64,000 bases of DNA from Vitrella brassicaformis CCMP3155 (taxonomy: Eukaryota; Protista; Chromerida). Below the pieces are notes generated by a model. It made no database searches and was not told the origin of the DNA. It saw only the letters and a list, made by a program, of their open reading frames with translations. Location: NCBI GenBank assembly GCA_001179505.1, contig CDMY01000447.1, forward strand, positions 186,001-250,000, read 5' to 3'. This document shows positions 1 to 14,160 of the stretch, one piece after another. A program made the translations under genes and the position numbers. Every line of letters begins with the position of its first letter. Position 1 is the stretch's first letter.

Positions 1-3000
1 GGAGCCCCACCACACTTACCTCGCTGACATGGGCGCCTCGGCAAATGGGCGTCTGTTGGTGGCGGCACTGCTGATCGACAGAGGCGGCACGATGATGGAG
101 CCCCCACCAACGCCAACACCAGGACCAGGACCAGCTCCAGCCACAGCCGCCGCCGCCGCCGAGGTCTGACCGCTCTTCGCAACCCAACCGTTTTTGTTGT
201 CGACACGAACCACGGGAACCTCCTCCCGGCCTGTCTCCACCTTCCCACCTTCCTCCTTCGGACGCACCTCATCCAATCTGCCACCTGTAAGCGAGACAAT
301 GCACAACGGAGTGCGCCAACAAAGTGAAGGTCACGATTTGTCTTCTTCTTACCGAATGGCTGTGGCTGTGGCTGTGCGCGTTTCGCTGCGGGCGGAGCGG
401 GTCCGCGCGCCTTGGGGCGGGTCGTGTTCACCACTCCTGCCCCTCCACGACCAGACAAAGCGAGCGATAGCGGCCGGCCTGATGATGGACAACACAACAC
501 GCCACCACAGCATGACAGCATCACAAAATCCGTGTTGTTTGGTATGTATTCCTCGGTTGTGCTATCCCTCTCGTGTTTGGATTCGTACGCAGCGTGGTGG
601 CCGCCGTGGGACTTGCGACTTTGCTGACAGCCGTACGATTGACCCCTCCCCCAACGCGGCTGCCTGCCGCAACAGACCCGCCCCGCACTCCACCCCCGCC
701 CACTCTCTTGTTGGCTCCCGCACCCGCCAGTGTCACGACAGCATGAGCCGGCTGCCCAGCGGCCCCAGCCACCACATGCTGGTACGGCAAGCCCACAGAC
801 GTGCCGCGATGGTAGGCTACCGAGTGCGGGATACCGTAGCTCGGCTGCTTGGACGACACGACGCGAGACGCACCACCGCCGGCCTTCCTGACGACACCCG
901 GACTTCCCTTGTCTTTGTCCTTATCTTTTGGCGTGGTGGTGCTGGCGCGGGCAGTGGCGGCTCCCGTGTTGATGGGCGACCTGGCCGTCAGGGTCGGCTG
1001 GGTGCCCTTGCTGCGAGTTGATGTGGCCGTGCCGGGGCGAGAGGTGGCAGCAGCTGGCGGGGCGGGCGAAGCGGGGAGAGGGGGTGCGGGCGACGGGCCC
1101 TCCTCCTCCCCTTTCTCGACCAGACGCGGTGTCTCCTCGGCCAAAGGGGGAAGCAGCTCCAAGGCTTCGTCTGTGTCGTTGTTGATCTCACCATTCTCGG
1201 CCGCGGGACAACCCTCGTTGTTGTTGTTATTGTTGTTGTTGGCCACCACCTCCCCCTCAGTGACACCCGTCGAAAGCTGGCGCAGATTTGGCCGCCCGCC
1301 TGGTTCACCACCTGAGCCACCGGCAACTTTAACGACCTTGGAGTCGTCCATCTCAGCCAGATCGCGCAACGCGTCAGTCATCGAGAATTGGGGTGGCGGG
1401 GCGCCCGCGGGCTCCCCAGCTGGCTGCTCTCGTCCGTCTGCGATGTGAGGCGGCCGTGGGATGGAGGGCCCCGGCGAACCCGACAGCTGACAGAGCAGAC
1501 AACGAACAGGTAGACGAAATGAAGATGAAGCCATCAAGTCCTGTATCTCACTTAACTAAGTTTGTCAGTAGATTACGTACGTACCTGTAGAGGCAGTGAG
1601 TACATGTGTGTGACCTTGTCCCCGCCACCTTGCCCCGTCGCCTGCGTGAACACCGGTGGAGGTGTCTGCACGCCCCTCGCCGTGCTTGGGGCGCTGGCGT
1701 ACACGGCCACGTGGGGAGGCACCACAGAGTAGGCCGTCGCCGGCAGGAGGGGCATTCTCGGCGGAACAGAGGCACCAGCATGGAACTGGAAGGTACCAGT
1801 AGCCGCAGGCCGCTTGGGGAAGCAACAGGGCGAGAAGCTCGGCTGCTGCGGCTGCTGCTGATGGTGATGGTGGAGTGCCATTTCTGCGGCGAGTGGACCG
1901 TAGGCCACATACCGCTGGCAAACACAGACACAAACAGCATGACTCACATGTCTCTCTGTGTGAGTTCGTCGCGTGTCTTGACTGCTCACATGTCCTCTGA
2001 TGGGCGGTGTGCGGGGCGAGTCGACGCCCGACGGCGGCTGTGTGTGAATGGCGGGACGGGCAGTGGCCGGCACGGCTTTGGACCTGGGGCTGTTGTTGTT
2101 GTTGTTGGGTGCGCGGGCGTGGATACCTCCGCGGTACGATTGAGCGTAGGACGACGGGATCGCTCCACCCGGAACACCAGCTGAGGGCAGCAAGGGAGGG
2201 AGAGGGGAAAGAAGGGCCGTGCCTGACACTGTGAAGGCCTGGCTGCGGTGCGGTGTGGTGTGGTGTGGCGTACCCTGCATGAGTTTCTGGCGGTAGCTGT
2301 GACGACGCCGATCGAGCAGAAAGAACCTGAGTGAACGGAAAGAACCACACGAACGGTGGCAGAGAATGTCAGCGGCAGTGTCGGTCTTTCGTGTGAGTGT
2401 GAGTGTGACTTACGTTGTGGTGATGCCGTTGTGTTTGTTCTGCTCCAGCTGTGAAACGATGTCCCGCTTGCTCATCTTCCACACACGCACACACTCGTCC
2501 AGGACCTCCTTGTCCAACTGCACCGCATCCGACCAACAGACACACAGAGACAGAGACAGAGACAGACATGTATGTATGCGTGCGCGCACATACAGGCTGT
2601 GCCTTGTCTTGCCTGTATCAATTCGATCTCCCTCCAGTTGCGGCATTGCTCACAGGAAATCACCTGACAGAGGAATGAATGACGGATGAGAGACGACAGA
2701 TGCACTGTCCGCCAGCGTGATACCTCACAGGACGGGAAGTGTCCCCCCTCTGACAACCGCGGCGCCCTCTCGGGGTCCATGATCTCAACCTGGTGATACC
2801 TGCACTCAACCCCCCCCCCCCCCCCCNNNNNNNNNNNNNNNNNNNNNNNNNNNNNNNNNNNNNNNNNNNNNNNNNNNNNNNNNNNNNNNNNNNNNNNNNN
2901 NNNNNNNNNNNNNNNNNNNNNNNNNNNNNNNNNNNNNNNNNNNNNNNNNNNNNNNNNNNNNNNNNNNNNNNNNNNNNNNNNNNNNNNNNNNNNNNNNNNN

Positions 3001-4929
3001 NNNNNNNNNNNNNNNNNNNNNNNNNNNNNNNNNNNNNNNNNNNNNNNNNNNNNNNNNNNNNNNNNNNNNNNNNNNNNNNNNNNNNNNNNNNNNNNNNNNN
3101 NNNNNNNNNNNNNNNNNNNNNNNNNNATACCTGCACTCACCCACCCACCCACCCACACACGCACACACACGTGCCCAAATCACTTGGTGTCGGCCTGCCT
3201 GTCTCTCTGTCTGTCTGTCCGTCGCCTCCCTCCCTCCCTCCCCTCAGTGCCTCACCAAGGGTGCTGACGGATCTGGTCGATTTGGAGACGTTGTTTGGGA
3301 TCCACCATCAGCATGCCGCGGATCAGATCGGCAGCTCCTTCAGAGACCCAACGGGGCAGCTGATCGATCGAAGACACGCAAGCACCAACCATCCTTCCAT
3401 CCAGTGAGTGAAGTGAGCATGTGATGTGACGTCTGCGTGTGTAAGTAGATACCTCGTAGTGGCCATTGAGTATCTTCCCGTAGAGCTTGGCCGTGTCGGG
3501 GTCCTCGAAGGGCAGGTACCCGCATATAAGCGCGTAGAGGATTACCCTGCAATGCATCCCATCCACAACACGGCACAACACGACACAGACGTGTATGGTA
3601 GGTATGCGTTGTGTAATGCATGCAGGCTGCTTGGGCTGGCTTGGCTTGGCTTGGCTGGCTCACCCACAGGACCAGACGTCACACCCAGCGGGCACGTAGT
3701 GATGTCCAGCGATCATCTGCAAGACCACACCACACAACACAACACACGTGAGCGACCAAGAGAGCATTGGGTGAGGAGGAATGCATGTCTGTGTGTGTGT
3801 GTCGTGTCTCACCTCAGGGGCTGCGTAGCATGGCGACCCACACGCCGTCTTGAGCAACTGACCGGCCTGCACTCACACACATGCACAGAGAGACAGAAGA
3901 TGATACCGCGCCCAACCCGGATGTGTGTACATGTGCCGACGGCTGATGCATGGAGGCATGTGTGTATGTTCCCCCTCCCTCCCTCCCTCCCTTACGTGGT
4001 ATGTATTCGATAGTCCGAAATCCACGATCTTGATGTTGCGATATTCATCCAAGAGAAGGTTCTCGGGCTTCAGGTCCCTGACAACCACAAAATAAAAGGG
4101 AGAAGAGGGCGAGACACGCGGTCCCCAGAGGAAACACATCTTCCTCCCTCCCCGTCTGCCATCTACCTGTGTACGACCCCCATCTGATGGATCTTTTCAA
4201 CGCCAGCCAGGATCTGGTGAAAGAACTTACACGCCTCCCTCTCCTTGACCTTGCGCTGCGCCACGATGTAGTCGAAGAGCTCCCCGCCCGACGCATACTC
4301 CATGATCAAAAGCAACTGGTCGTGCGTCTGCAGAATCTGATAGACACACAGAAGAAGACAGCCTTGAGAAATGGATGGATAGCTAGGTGAGTGCGGTACG
4401 GTACCTACCTCGTATAGCTGAATGACGTGAGGGTGTCGGATTCGCTGCAGAATGCTGATTTCACGCTTGACCCTGTTCCAGTCCTCGTCCCCCTGGATCT
4501 TCTCTCTCTCCAATATCTTGATAGCAACTTTTTCGTCTGAACACCAACCAACAAAACACACACACACACACACACGCACATCCAACACACGTGTACCCAT
4601 TCCCCCAGCCCAGCCCACAGTGCCCCGTCTTCTCACTCACTCGTCTTTGTGTGGGTCCCGAGCCTGACTTTGCCGAATGTGCCTTCGCCGATCGTCGCTC
4701 CCAGGACGTAGTCGCCAACCTTCTTGACTTGGTGCTTCTCGCTGGTCGCCCCGGTCGCCGCAGCACTTGCCCCACTTGCCGGGCTGGAGCCGTCGATGTT
4801 GGCACGGTCACATGTCGGGCCGGAAGGGCTGACCGGCGCCGAAGGGTTGCTCACACGCGCTGTCGGCTCAGGCATGTCGGTGATAGGGATGAGCGGCACG
4901 GGGGAGGTGGGAAGCACACGCACGGCCAT
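1..4929 (-). CDS. SNF1/AMPK-like (CAMKL) Ser/Thr kinase, multi-exon, with UBA-like segment and long low-complexity C-terminus; 3' end runs off the window
   Basis: Spliced exons give IGEGTFGKVRLG, EKVAIKIL, HPHVIQLYE, MEYASGGELFDYI, HR/DLKPENLLLD, DFGLSN, TACGSPCYAAPE, DVWSCG, GYLPFED and DPKQRL. ATG at 4929, GT-AG introns. Confidence 0.9.
2827..3126. other. Assembly gap (300 N) inside a kinase intron
   Basis: Exactly 300 N after a poly-C run. ATACCTGCACTCA occurs on both sides (2796-2808 and 3127-3139). Confidence 0.99.
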
Positions 4930-5546
4930 GGTCAGTCAGCTATGCGTGTGGAGATAGACAGAGGGAGGTGGGCCTAGGCTGAGTGGAGGGAGGGACACCT
5001 CCAGGGGCCGACGCTAGAAGGCACCTTGCTGACTGCGCCACCCTCACGAGCTGGCTGGTACGGTCGAACGAACAATTGAAAGGTCGGATGGACACGTCTT
5101 TCGCCCCGGGGTGTGCTGTGCCTCCGATGTGACCTTCAAACCGTTACTGTCAGGGTAATGAGTTCCCCGTGTAACAGATCTCCGGCCACCGTGAAGATCT
5201 TTTCCTGCCCTCCTTTGGTGTGTGCGGCCTCGTGTGTTTTGCAATGGTGAGCCGGAGAACTTTTGCTGTTTCAAAACAGATCTATCTATCCATCCATCCA
5301 TTCGTTCGTTTCGCATCACCACCGCTATCCTCGCCATGAGTATCCATAGACACAAAAACAGGACGCCCTTACACACATCTGTCTGCCTGTCCGTCACCTG
5401 TCATATCGGTCCCACTCCCCGTCTCAAGCCACCATGCCCTTCATTGTCTCGAAGAATTCCCTCTGTTCGGGAGACAGCTCACGTAGCATCTGCACACACA
5501 ATGACATGCAGGCAGTGATCGTGCCGTGAGCCGTGTGTGCCCCTTC

Positions 5547-8179
5547 CTAGGTGGGTGGGTGTGTGCGTGCCTCGTCTGGTATTTGGCCGAAGTCGGCGCC
5601 CGTCGCTTTCCACGCTTCCCTCATATTCTCCTTGTCCTGCATGAATGAGACACATCCGCACCGCAACACTCGTCCGTCCATGTGTGTCGGCCGGCGGTCA
5701 TCGCCGCTTCCTCTTTGCTTTCGTCGGTCACGCACCTGTTCTGTGAGTTCGCCCGAGGTCATGACCTCCTGTATCTCTCTCATCAACGGCTCGACTTGCC
5801 GCCAATCGAAATCTATAAACACAACACAGCACAGACCACACGAGGCAGATGCACTGGCTGGTCATGTATTGTATTGTGTTGTTGTCGTTCGACGATGCAC
5901 GGCGCCGCAGGGCAAGGCAAGGCAAGGCAAGGCACCGGACGCAGGTACGGTACCTTTGGTGAGTTTGGCGAGTGCTTCAAGGCTCTCTGCGTCATCGTCG
6001 CCGAGCCCCTCGAGGCCGCCCCCTTCCTGCAGCTGCTGCATGAGCTTGTTGAAGTCGCCCCCGCCCTCGCCACTCATGAGCTTCATCAGGTCACCCGCAC
6101 CCTGCATACATCAATCCATCCATCGATACGCCCAAACACGTCAAAACACATACATCCTTTCTGTCTGGCTGGGCTGTATAGTAAGTATGTATGTGTGATG
6201 TGATGTTTGCCTACGGGCATTTGGGCCTGCATCCGTGACCTCCATGCCTGCTCTGACAGCTGCTGTGCCTTCCTGAAGACACACACGCCAACCAACAACA
6301 CAACAAGCACCATAATATGAGGCGACAGACAGACAGAACCACGCCTCTGCTCCCTCCCTCCCTCCCTCCCTTCAGGCACCTCAGCAACGTACCGTTCTGA
6401 TATGCCGAATATGACTCTAAGCTGGTCGACCTTTGTGTCGTCCCTATCCTCGTCGTTGCCGTCCAGACATGCGAGCGTGTACCGCAGGTAGAGCGACTCG
6501 AGCCTGTTCCGCGGCGCACGGCCGCTGTAGACGACGGGCGTGATGTTGACGTTGGACGCGAAGTGCATGAACAGGTGGGCCGCTGAGTCCATGTAGGCCG
6601 TCAGGGCATCCATCGCAGCTAGAAAAAGCAACGAAAGAAAAGGGGACGGACGAGAAGCCGTTCCAGTCAGTTTGCACCCCTTGTATTGTATCTGTCTGTC
6701 CGTCCGTCTGGCTCACCGAGTGTTGTGTTTCCCTCGATCTTGAGTGCGTCGACGGCGTTTTCCACCAGCCTGGCCAGCTGCACGCTCACCGCCTCGGCGT
6801 AGCTCTCGGCCGCGTCCGCATCGGTGAGATTGAGCTCCCGCTGCAGCGCCCGCAGCAGCAGCAGCTTCTCCTCCATCACAGGCGGCAATGGCTCCATCTC
6901 CTCTTCTTCCGCCTCACCCTCTGCGGGTGACGATGATGACGTGTCAGCTGATGTCGCGTTGGCGGCGGCGGAAGTCTTGTTTTGTTGCTGTGATGCTGCT
7001 GCTGTCGTGTTGACGATCCCCTCGATCGGTGCCTCAAAGATGGGCGAGTCGATGCCCATGTTGGTCAGGGCTTGCAAGAGCTCGGGCGAGGGGGGCTCGG
7101 AGGAATCCACCGCTGTCGCTGCTGTATCGTTGACCGCCACCCCGCTCGCCACAGTCGTTTCTGTTGTTGTGGCGGTGCTGTTGTTGGCAGAGGGACGGGC
7201 AGCGTCGGCCTTCACGGCGGTCTCTTCCTTGGTCGGCAGCGGCTCAAGCTTCACCTCGGGCAAGACGATCGTGTTTGCCTCCGGGAACTCGCCGGGCGGC
7301 GCGCAGGCCTCGAGCAGCTTAAATGCATAGAGCGCCATGGTCTTGTGTGGCGCTGGGTCGCCTCCACTGATTTCCTTGAATGAAGATGCCCGTAGGCCCT
7401 CTCTGGACCGCCTGAAGAAGCCGCTCAGCCACTTGCGGGGCTGGGGGGCGGCCGGGGGAGCCGAAGAGGGGGAGGGAGAGAGGGAGAGGGACTCGGCGAA
7501 GGGGGGTGCGGCAGCTTCTTGGGCAGTGGTGGAAGCGGATGGCTCGGAAACACGCTCTGCAGCAGTCGGGTGCCATAGAAGAAGACGTGCCTTCTGCGCT
7601 CGTCGTTCATCGTCTGATCGTCTTACCAATTGCCAGCGTCGTCGGGTCGGCATTGTTGACGGCTTTCCTCAGGTCCACCACGGGCGCAGGCGGGGCATTG
7701 TTGACCTCCCTCGTCACCCACAACGCCTCCCTCGCCCGCTTCTCCCTCTCAAGCACACTTGAACGGCCACCAAACCTATCAAACACATCCTCACGCCGCG
7801 CGGTCAACGCCACGACGACCGCCACGACACTCGCAAACAGCACACCCTTCTGCCAGAGTGGCAGCGACTGCATGGAAGGCCACAGGACGAAACGAATCCA
7901 CTCAGCTCCCCTGTAGGCCGGTGCCGGGGGCGGTGTTGGTGGCGAACGGCTGAACCATCTCGCGTGGAGAGCCACGGCAGATTCGCATTCACCATCAGAG
8001 GCAGAGGGCGATGGACACAATGGATGAAGCGTCGTGCCGTGTTGCCTTCTTGGTGGTGGGTGAGGCCTGTGCAGGGCAATATGACGCTGGAGGGGGCGAG
8101 ATCTTCGGAGGGAGGGCGGGATGAAGCCTGACGCGATGGGTGGAACGATGAGAAGGATCAGCGGCAAGATGGATGGCAT
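5547..8179 (-). CDS. Plastid-targeted alpha-helical membrane protein, possibly Tic110-like
   Basis: Signal peptide MPSILPLILLIVPPIASG, then F and an R/S/P-rich transit peptide. One TM helix (GVLFASVVAVVVALTA), then helical segments (LRALQRELNLTDADAAESY; LESLYLRYTLACLD...DQLRVIFGISE). The family call is pattern recall only. Confidence 0.6.
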
Positions 8180-8472
8180 GCGTGCTGGAGCTGACATAGC
8201 CTGTCGTCCTGATCGTTCTCCTCCTTCTTCCGTACCTTGGGAACGAACGAAAGAAGGACTTCAAGCTCGCATCTCCGTGAAACTGCTCCTGAGAGCGGTT
8301 CCTGTAGTTGAGCCATCCATCCAAGCCGTGCCGACACACCGGACAGTATCGGTTTCTCCGTTCGATTGTTCTGAGGGGCAGATGCGTTTGTCACATCGAG
8401 GAAACTGATGAAGCTGAGGGCTTGAGAAACCGAGCCAAAGTGGGAGCGAGGTAAACACATCTCCCGAAACGG

Positions 8473-11400
8473 ATGGGCCCGTATCTGTTGTTTGGTCCTC
8501 TGGACGTGCTCAACCTCCAAGGGGCATCCATCGGCAAGACCCATGCGCTCACGTGTCAAGTAGATGTGGTCGCCGGCACCACCGGACAATGCATCAAGCG
8601 GGCATCCATACAGGTCCATCCATCCATCCAAAGCTTCAAACGACCAACGCAAAAGACCGCCAACCCACCGTATCTCTGTGTTATGGTGCAGATCCCTCCG
8701 TCGAGCGAGGGTTCCATCGCTATCGACCTTCCCGCATTGAAGTCCCTCTCCCTCAGCCTGACCGTCACAGCCGACAGGGACAACACGACCACCCTCATCG
8801 GCCGTGTGTGCATCCCATCCTCATGCTTGCCGCCAGCGGGGCCCAACGCGCCGCCCTCTGAGGCCCTTATCCCGCTCGAGGGCACGCCCAGGGGCAGCGA
8901 CGCCCGCGCCGCATACGAGCCGTATGAGTATGACCTGAGGAGCGCGTGTGCTGGTGGGGTGAGGCTGCCACCCCCGCCACACGGGCGTGTGGGCGATTTG
9001 CGTGTGATGGTGCGGTATGTGGACGCCGCCATGGCCGCTGGGCAATCGGAGGTGGACAGATCATTCATCGCACAGGTAACTCTTGTGGGAGCGAAACGTC
9101 ATGTATGTATACGGGTCCATACTGGTTTTGTTTTGGTGTGTACGCAGGACTTCTACAATGTGTTGCTGACGAGTCTTCACGAGTCCACCTCCCCCCACTC
9201 CCTCAGCCCCTCTGCACGCCGCATGCCGCCTCTCCCCCAGCAGACACCCCCAGGCCCAGCGCCACACACAGCCACCCCTCCCACACACATGCGCAAGGGC
9301 GCCACGGTGGACGTGCTGCCGTCGCCAGGGGCCGTGAGTTACTACTCGGCCCAGTCGGGCGGACCGTCGCCTGCGGGCAAACTGGGGAGGGCGCAGACGT
9401 ACGGGACGGGAGGGAGGGGGGCGTGGACACCGGAGAAACCCAGAACTGCACGTAAGGTTGGAGAGGGGGGGATTCATTGGGTACAATGCGGCATTGTGGG
9501 TGGGTGTGTCGGTGAGCAGGAAGTCCTGTGTCGCCTGATTATGCGTCGCGGGGGATCGTCATGCGACGCACATTCACCATGGGCACACGGACCAATACAG
9601 TGAGCGCGGGTGTGTGCAAATGGGACGGCAATTTGCACACCTGCGTGTGTGTATGGGTTGGCAGCAAAACAGCGTAGCGATAGACGAGGAGAGCAAATCG
9701 CGCCGGCTCACCAGGGAAGAAGGTACGCGCCAACACGGGAGTCGCATTCCTGCCCACGTACGCTGCTGTGTCTGTGAGTATACAGACAGATTGGCGGCTG
9801 AGGAGCGGCGTCGTGAGGAGCAGCAGGCGGAGATAGACAACCTGGTGTACCATCGCACAGAACACCTGCAGCAACTCATCAACTCACAAGACGGTAAGTG
9901 GGTGGGTGGATGGTTGGGACGATGGGCGGTACGGTACCACAAGCACATTTCCACCCATGTGTGTGTTTTGGTGTGCAGAGAAGCTGGCCATGTTGGGCCC
10001 CATGCAGGAGGAGGCGGAGGCCATCAAGGCCAAATACGGCGAGCTCGAGAAAGCCAGACTAGACATGCAGGTACTCATGCAGAGACACGCACACACACAA
10101 CTTTCCACACACACAAGTGGGAGCCTCTTCGTTATCTGGTTATGTGTAGGGGAGTTTGAAGGCGGCGACGGAGAAGTTTGAGTGTCGTCAGCAGGAGGCG
10201 CAGCAGCTGCTCAGCGACCTCCACCAGGCCAAAGCCGACACCGAACGCCGCGATGTCGACCTCATCGGAGCCAACTCCGCAAAGGACACTGAGATCGAAC
10301 TACTCAAACAGACGCTCAGAGAGCATCAGCAGCAAAATGAGGTCGGCACCACGCAGGCACGGCACCTTCAGTGGTTCCAGGTGTATGTTGGTGCGTGAAG
10401 GCGTTGTCGCAGTGCATTGTGAGTCGCGAGGACTACCAGAAGCAGACGGAGGAGCTGCAGCAGACAATACGCCTGTAAGCAAGCCATTCATCGAGACATG
10501 ACATTGACAGACATGAGCCAATGGATCCCTGTCTGTCTGTCAGTGAGCGTGCTCGCCGCGAGGCCATCGAGAAGGAGGCGCAGCGGGCAGCAAGAGACTT
10601 CGAGGCGTGTGTGTCGAGTGAGACTGCCGTCACGCAACAAATCCTCGTCGAGAAGGAGCATCTCACCCAACAGCTAGCCGCACTCAGGACACAGAACGGT
10701 GAGTACACACACACTGAGGCCGACACTCATTCATTTCTGTGTGTGTATGCCCACTCCTTTTCCCACCAGATGAGTACCGTCGCAGTTTGGCTGCCTTCGA
10801 GGAGGAGGCCACGCGGCAGACGGCAGACAAGACAGACAAAGAGAAAATGGTATGTACTCGTGTGTGTCTGCATAGGCTCGCCACCTTCCCTCCCACCTCC
10901 CTGCGTGTCTACAGGCCATCGAGTTGTCGTCTGTGCGTCGGGAGCTGGAGACGGCCCTCAAGGAGATACACAGACTCGATGCCGCCAGACAACAACAGTC
11001 AGCAGGGGAAAGCCACGAAACAGCCACAGTCATCTCCCGCCGTTCGTATGTGTCGTGTGCAGGGCATCCGAGATGGATTCGCTTCAGCGGTCCGCCGAGT
11101 CTGAGCTCCGCGAGGCTGAGAACGCCAGGCTGCGGGCACTCGATGAGAAGAATGAAACACTCGCACAGATGCGGTGAGTGAGAGGGGCAAGGAAAGAGAG
11201 CGACGCAACCTTTGCCCCGTCTGCTGCAGGCAGGCAGAGCGGTTGCTAGAGGAGCGTGATGGCATGATCAGAGTGAGAAGAGGACGCTTAGCATTGCAAG
11301 CCTCTGAGTGTTGTTCTGGTGATGTGTGCAGCCTTTGGAGGACGAATCCTGCGCCAAGGACGCCCACATCCACGAGCTGACCAACCGCATCAACTCACTC

Positions 11401-13230
11401 AGGCACACGAGCATGACAACGAGAGGACGCAGATGTGAGAATGTCGTCTCTTCCCCTTCGTGTGTGTTGTCGTGCAGTGACTTGGACAGGATGGTCAAGC
11501 AAGCGAATGCCCGCAGCCTCGAGCAGGAACAGATCAACAGGCAGCTGCAAAACACCCTCGACGAGGAGAGACAGACGTACCAGCAGCTGCTGCGAGCAGG
11601 TAGGTAGGACGCCACAAGATAAGTCCATTCAGCACTGTGTGACATCCTGCTTTGGTGTTCCGGTATGTGTGTGTGTGTGTGCCGGGCCAGATCGTGAGCG
11701 CTACAGTGAGATGGAGGATAAGCTGCGGCAGGAGTGTGCTCAGCTGCAGGAGACATCCGGCGCCCTCGACTTAGCGCACAGGACGGCAGAGAACCACCGA
11801 CTCAAAGTGACAAACAAACAAACAAACAACCAGAGAACTTCCCCCCGGAACAACCCGCCCGCACTCGAACACTCTCTCCGTTTCCACCAGGTTGAGGATC
11901 AGTTGGCTGCCAGTCGCGCTGAGTGTGAGCGGCTCCGCGTAGAGAAGGCATCGTATAACGAAGTGAGATATACAGACAGACAGACAGACAGACGGTCGGA
12001 GGCATGTGTGAATGGAATATACCCCTCCTGCTGTGGCCTTCAGTTGCACCGTGAGTTCGAGAGCGTCCAGAAGGAGCTCAACGAAAGCAACCAGGTCGGA
12101 GCACAGAGAGACACGATCGATCACGCAGCGACACACCATTCCCGTGCGGTTCTGTATGTGTGTGTCGTGTGTCAGTGCCGCGCGACACTTCACGGCGAGC
12201 TGGCGTCGCTGGCTCAGCAATTTCAGGATTTCTTGCAGGAATGGGAAAGTAATTCATCGACACAACACGATGAAGACGCCACAGGGGCGAGGCCGGGCTA
12301 TTGCTATTGTGTGTGCGGATGTGGTGTCGTGTCAGGTGGCAAGAGCACACACACGTCGGAGCTGGAGATCAAAAACGCCGAAATTAGGTGCCTCATGGCC
12401 AGGTGCGGCAGTCATTGCACAATTAACACGTGTGTCTCCACTCACTAATGAACTGCATCGCATCCGCCTGTGCTGTGTCTGTGTGTGTGTAGGCTGAAGC
12501 AGCTGATGACCAAGTACCAGCCGCTCAAGGGCGATGTCATCGACGAGCTGCTGGCCCAATACGTCAACACATTCCACCCGCCAGTACCTTTCTTCCGGCT
12601 CGATGATGGTCGGGCGACATACAGGCACACACACACAGGAGACAGACCTACACGCAGACGCCGATTCTCCTTGTCTGCGCCTGCCTGCCTGGCTGCCTGG
12701 CTGGCTGCAGGTGTGTATTTGTTCGGCACACGGCGGGTCATTGTCCGCATACACAACAACGACAAACTCGTCTGTAAGCACACAACACAACTGAGGCGAC
12801 AATACACAGTGCTAGGGCATCAAATGTGTGTCTCCGTGTAGTCCGCATTGGCGGCGGTTTCTGCGACTTCGAGAAATTCATCGACCAGTACGCAAGCGAG
12901 GAGCTAGCCAAACTAGAAAACAGAGGTGGGGTGGGGAGGGGGGCGCTGGCAGCTGGAAACACCAACACACACTCAAGTGCGCTCACCCTCGTGTGTGTGT
13001 CAGAGCTGGCTGCGTCTTCCCCGGCCCAGGTACGCACCGACGGCAGTCCGAAGGGAGACCTCCCCGGCCCACTGCCACCATCCGGTGCTGCCAATCGTCG
13101 GCAGCTGCGCAGCAACACCACCACGGGCATCCGGCTGCCTGGGTTTACCATCCGATCGCGGGGCGGAAGCGCACAGGTGACAGCACGGGTGACTTCACAC
13201 ACGAGGGGAGAGGGGCCGATGCAACAGTGA
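8473..13230 (+). CDS. C2-like domain + long coiled coil + C-terminal GAS2 (GAR) domain protein
   Basis: N-terminal beta-rich segment (SLSLTVTADRDNTTTLIGRVCIP) and many E/Q/R/A-rich coiled-coil exons. C-terminal YQPLKGDVIDELLAQYVN...FFRLDDG/VYLFGTRRVIVRI.../RIGGGFCDFEKFIDQY matches the GAS2 signature. Confidence 0.8.
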
Positions 13231-14114
13231 ATGGGTGAGGTGACTGGGGGAAAGGGAGAGGGGGTGTGCATGGCATGGTGTGCTCGTGGGATGGGAGAGA
13301 CAACACAGACCTTCCAGTGTTGCTTCATGTATGTGGGGGGAGGGGCTTGGCTTCAACGAGTGGACGGACGGACGTGTTGGTCGGGTATGTGGGTGGGGGA
13401 TGGATGGATGGATGGCTGCATGCCACGAATGTACACCAAATCCTTATACACGATAGAATAAAGGGCGGCCTGTCTGGCCAGGCCAGGCCAGGCCGCCCTG
13501 AGTCTGTCAGCCACTCGGTTCGTTCGAAGGTCTGTCTCTGTTAGCCAACACACGTGTCTCCCCTGCCCCCCCGATCAGCCAGCCATCCAGTCATGAATCC
13601 AGCCACTCGATTCGCGAGCGTCGTTACCTTGCGGGCAGAGAGAGAGGCAGGCAGGCAGGCAGACAGGAGGCCATTGCCCGGCTGGCCACTAGGTAGATAT
13701 TAGGTAGTGGTTGATATGATCTCTCCCCACCACATCACGGCACGGCATGACACGCCACATCAATCAATCAATGGATGGATGGATGGATTCATCAAGGCAC
13801 CGATGCGCTAACTGAGCGCTGGCTGGCAAACACCTCGCAGATAGGTAGGTAGTAGATAAGATAGTCAGATGGCTGGACGGGGGGAGAGAGACTGACTAGG
13901 CCATACACAGGAGAAGGCAGACAGGCAGGCAGGCAGGCAGGCCAGGAAGGGTAGAGAGGACGATAGGGGTGTGTGTGTGGGTGTGTGCGTATGTGGTTTG
14001 TTTTGGTGGGGAGGGGGCAAGGCAAAAATATGTACACGTGCGTGTCACGGAGACGGTGCCTCCATCCATCCATCAATCCATCCATCGATCCATCCTTTAA
14101 GCAGCCAGCCATTT

Positions 14115-14160
14115 CGCACGCCCATCCCGCCCGCTCGCGCACGCCCATCCCGCCCGCTCG
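14115..14160. repeat. Perfect 23-bp tandem duplication within a microsatellite-rich intergenic region
   Basis: CGCACGCCCATCCCGCCCGCTCG x2. Confidence 0.95.
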
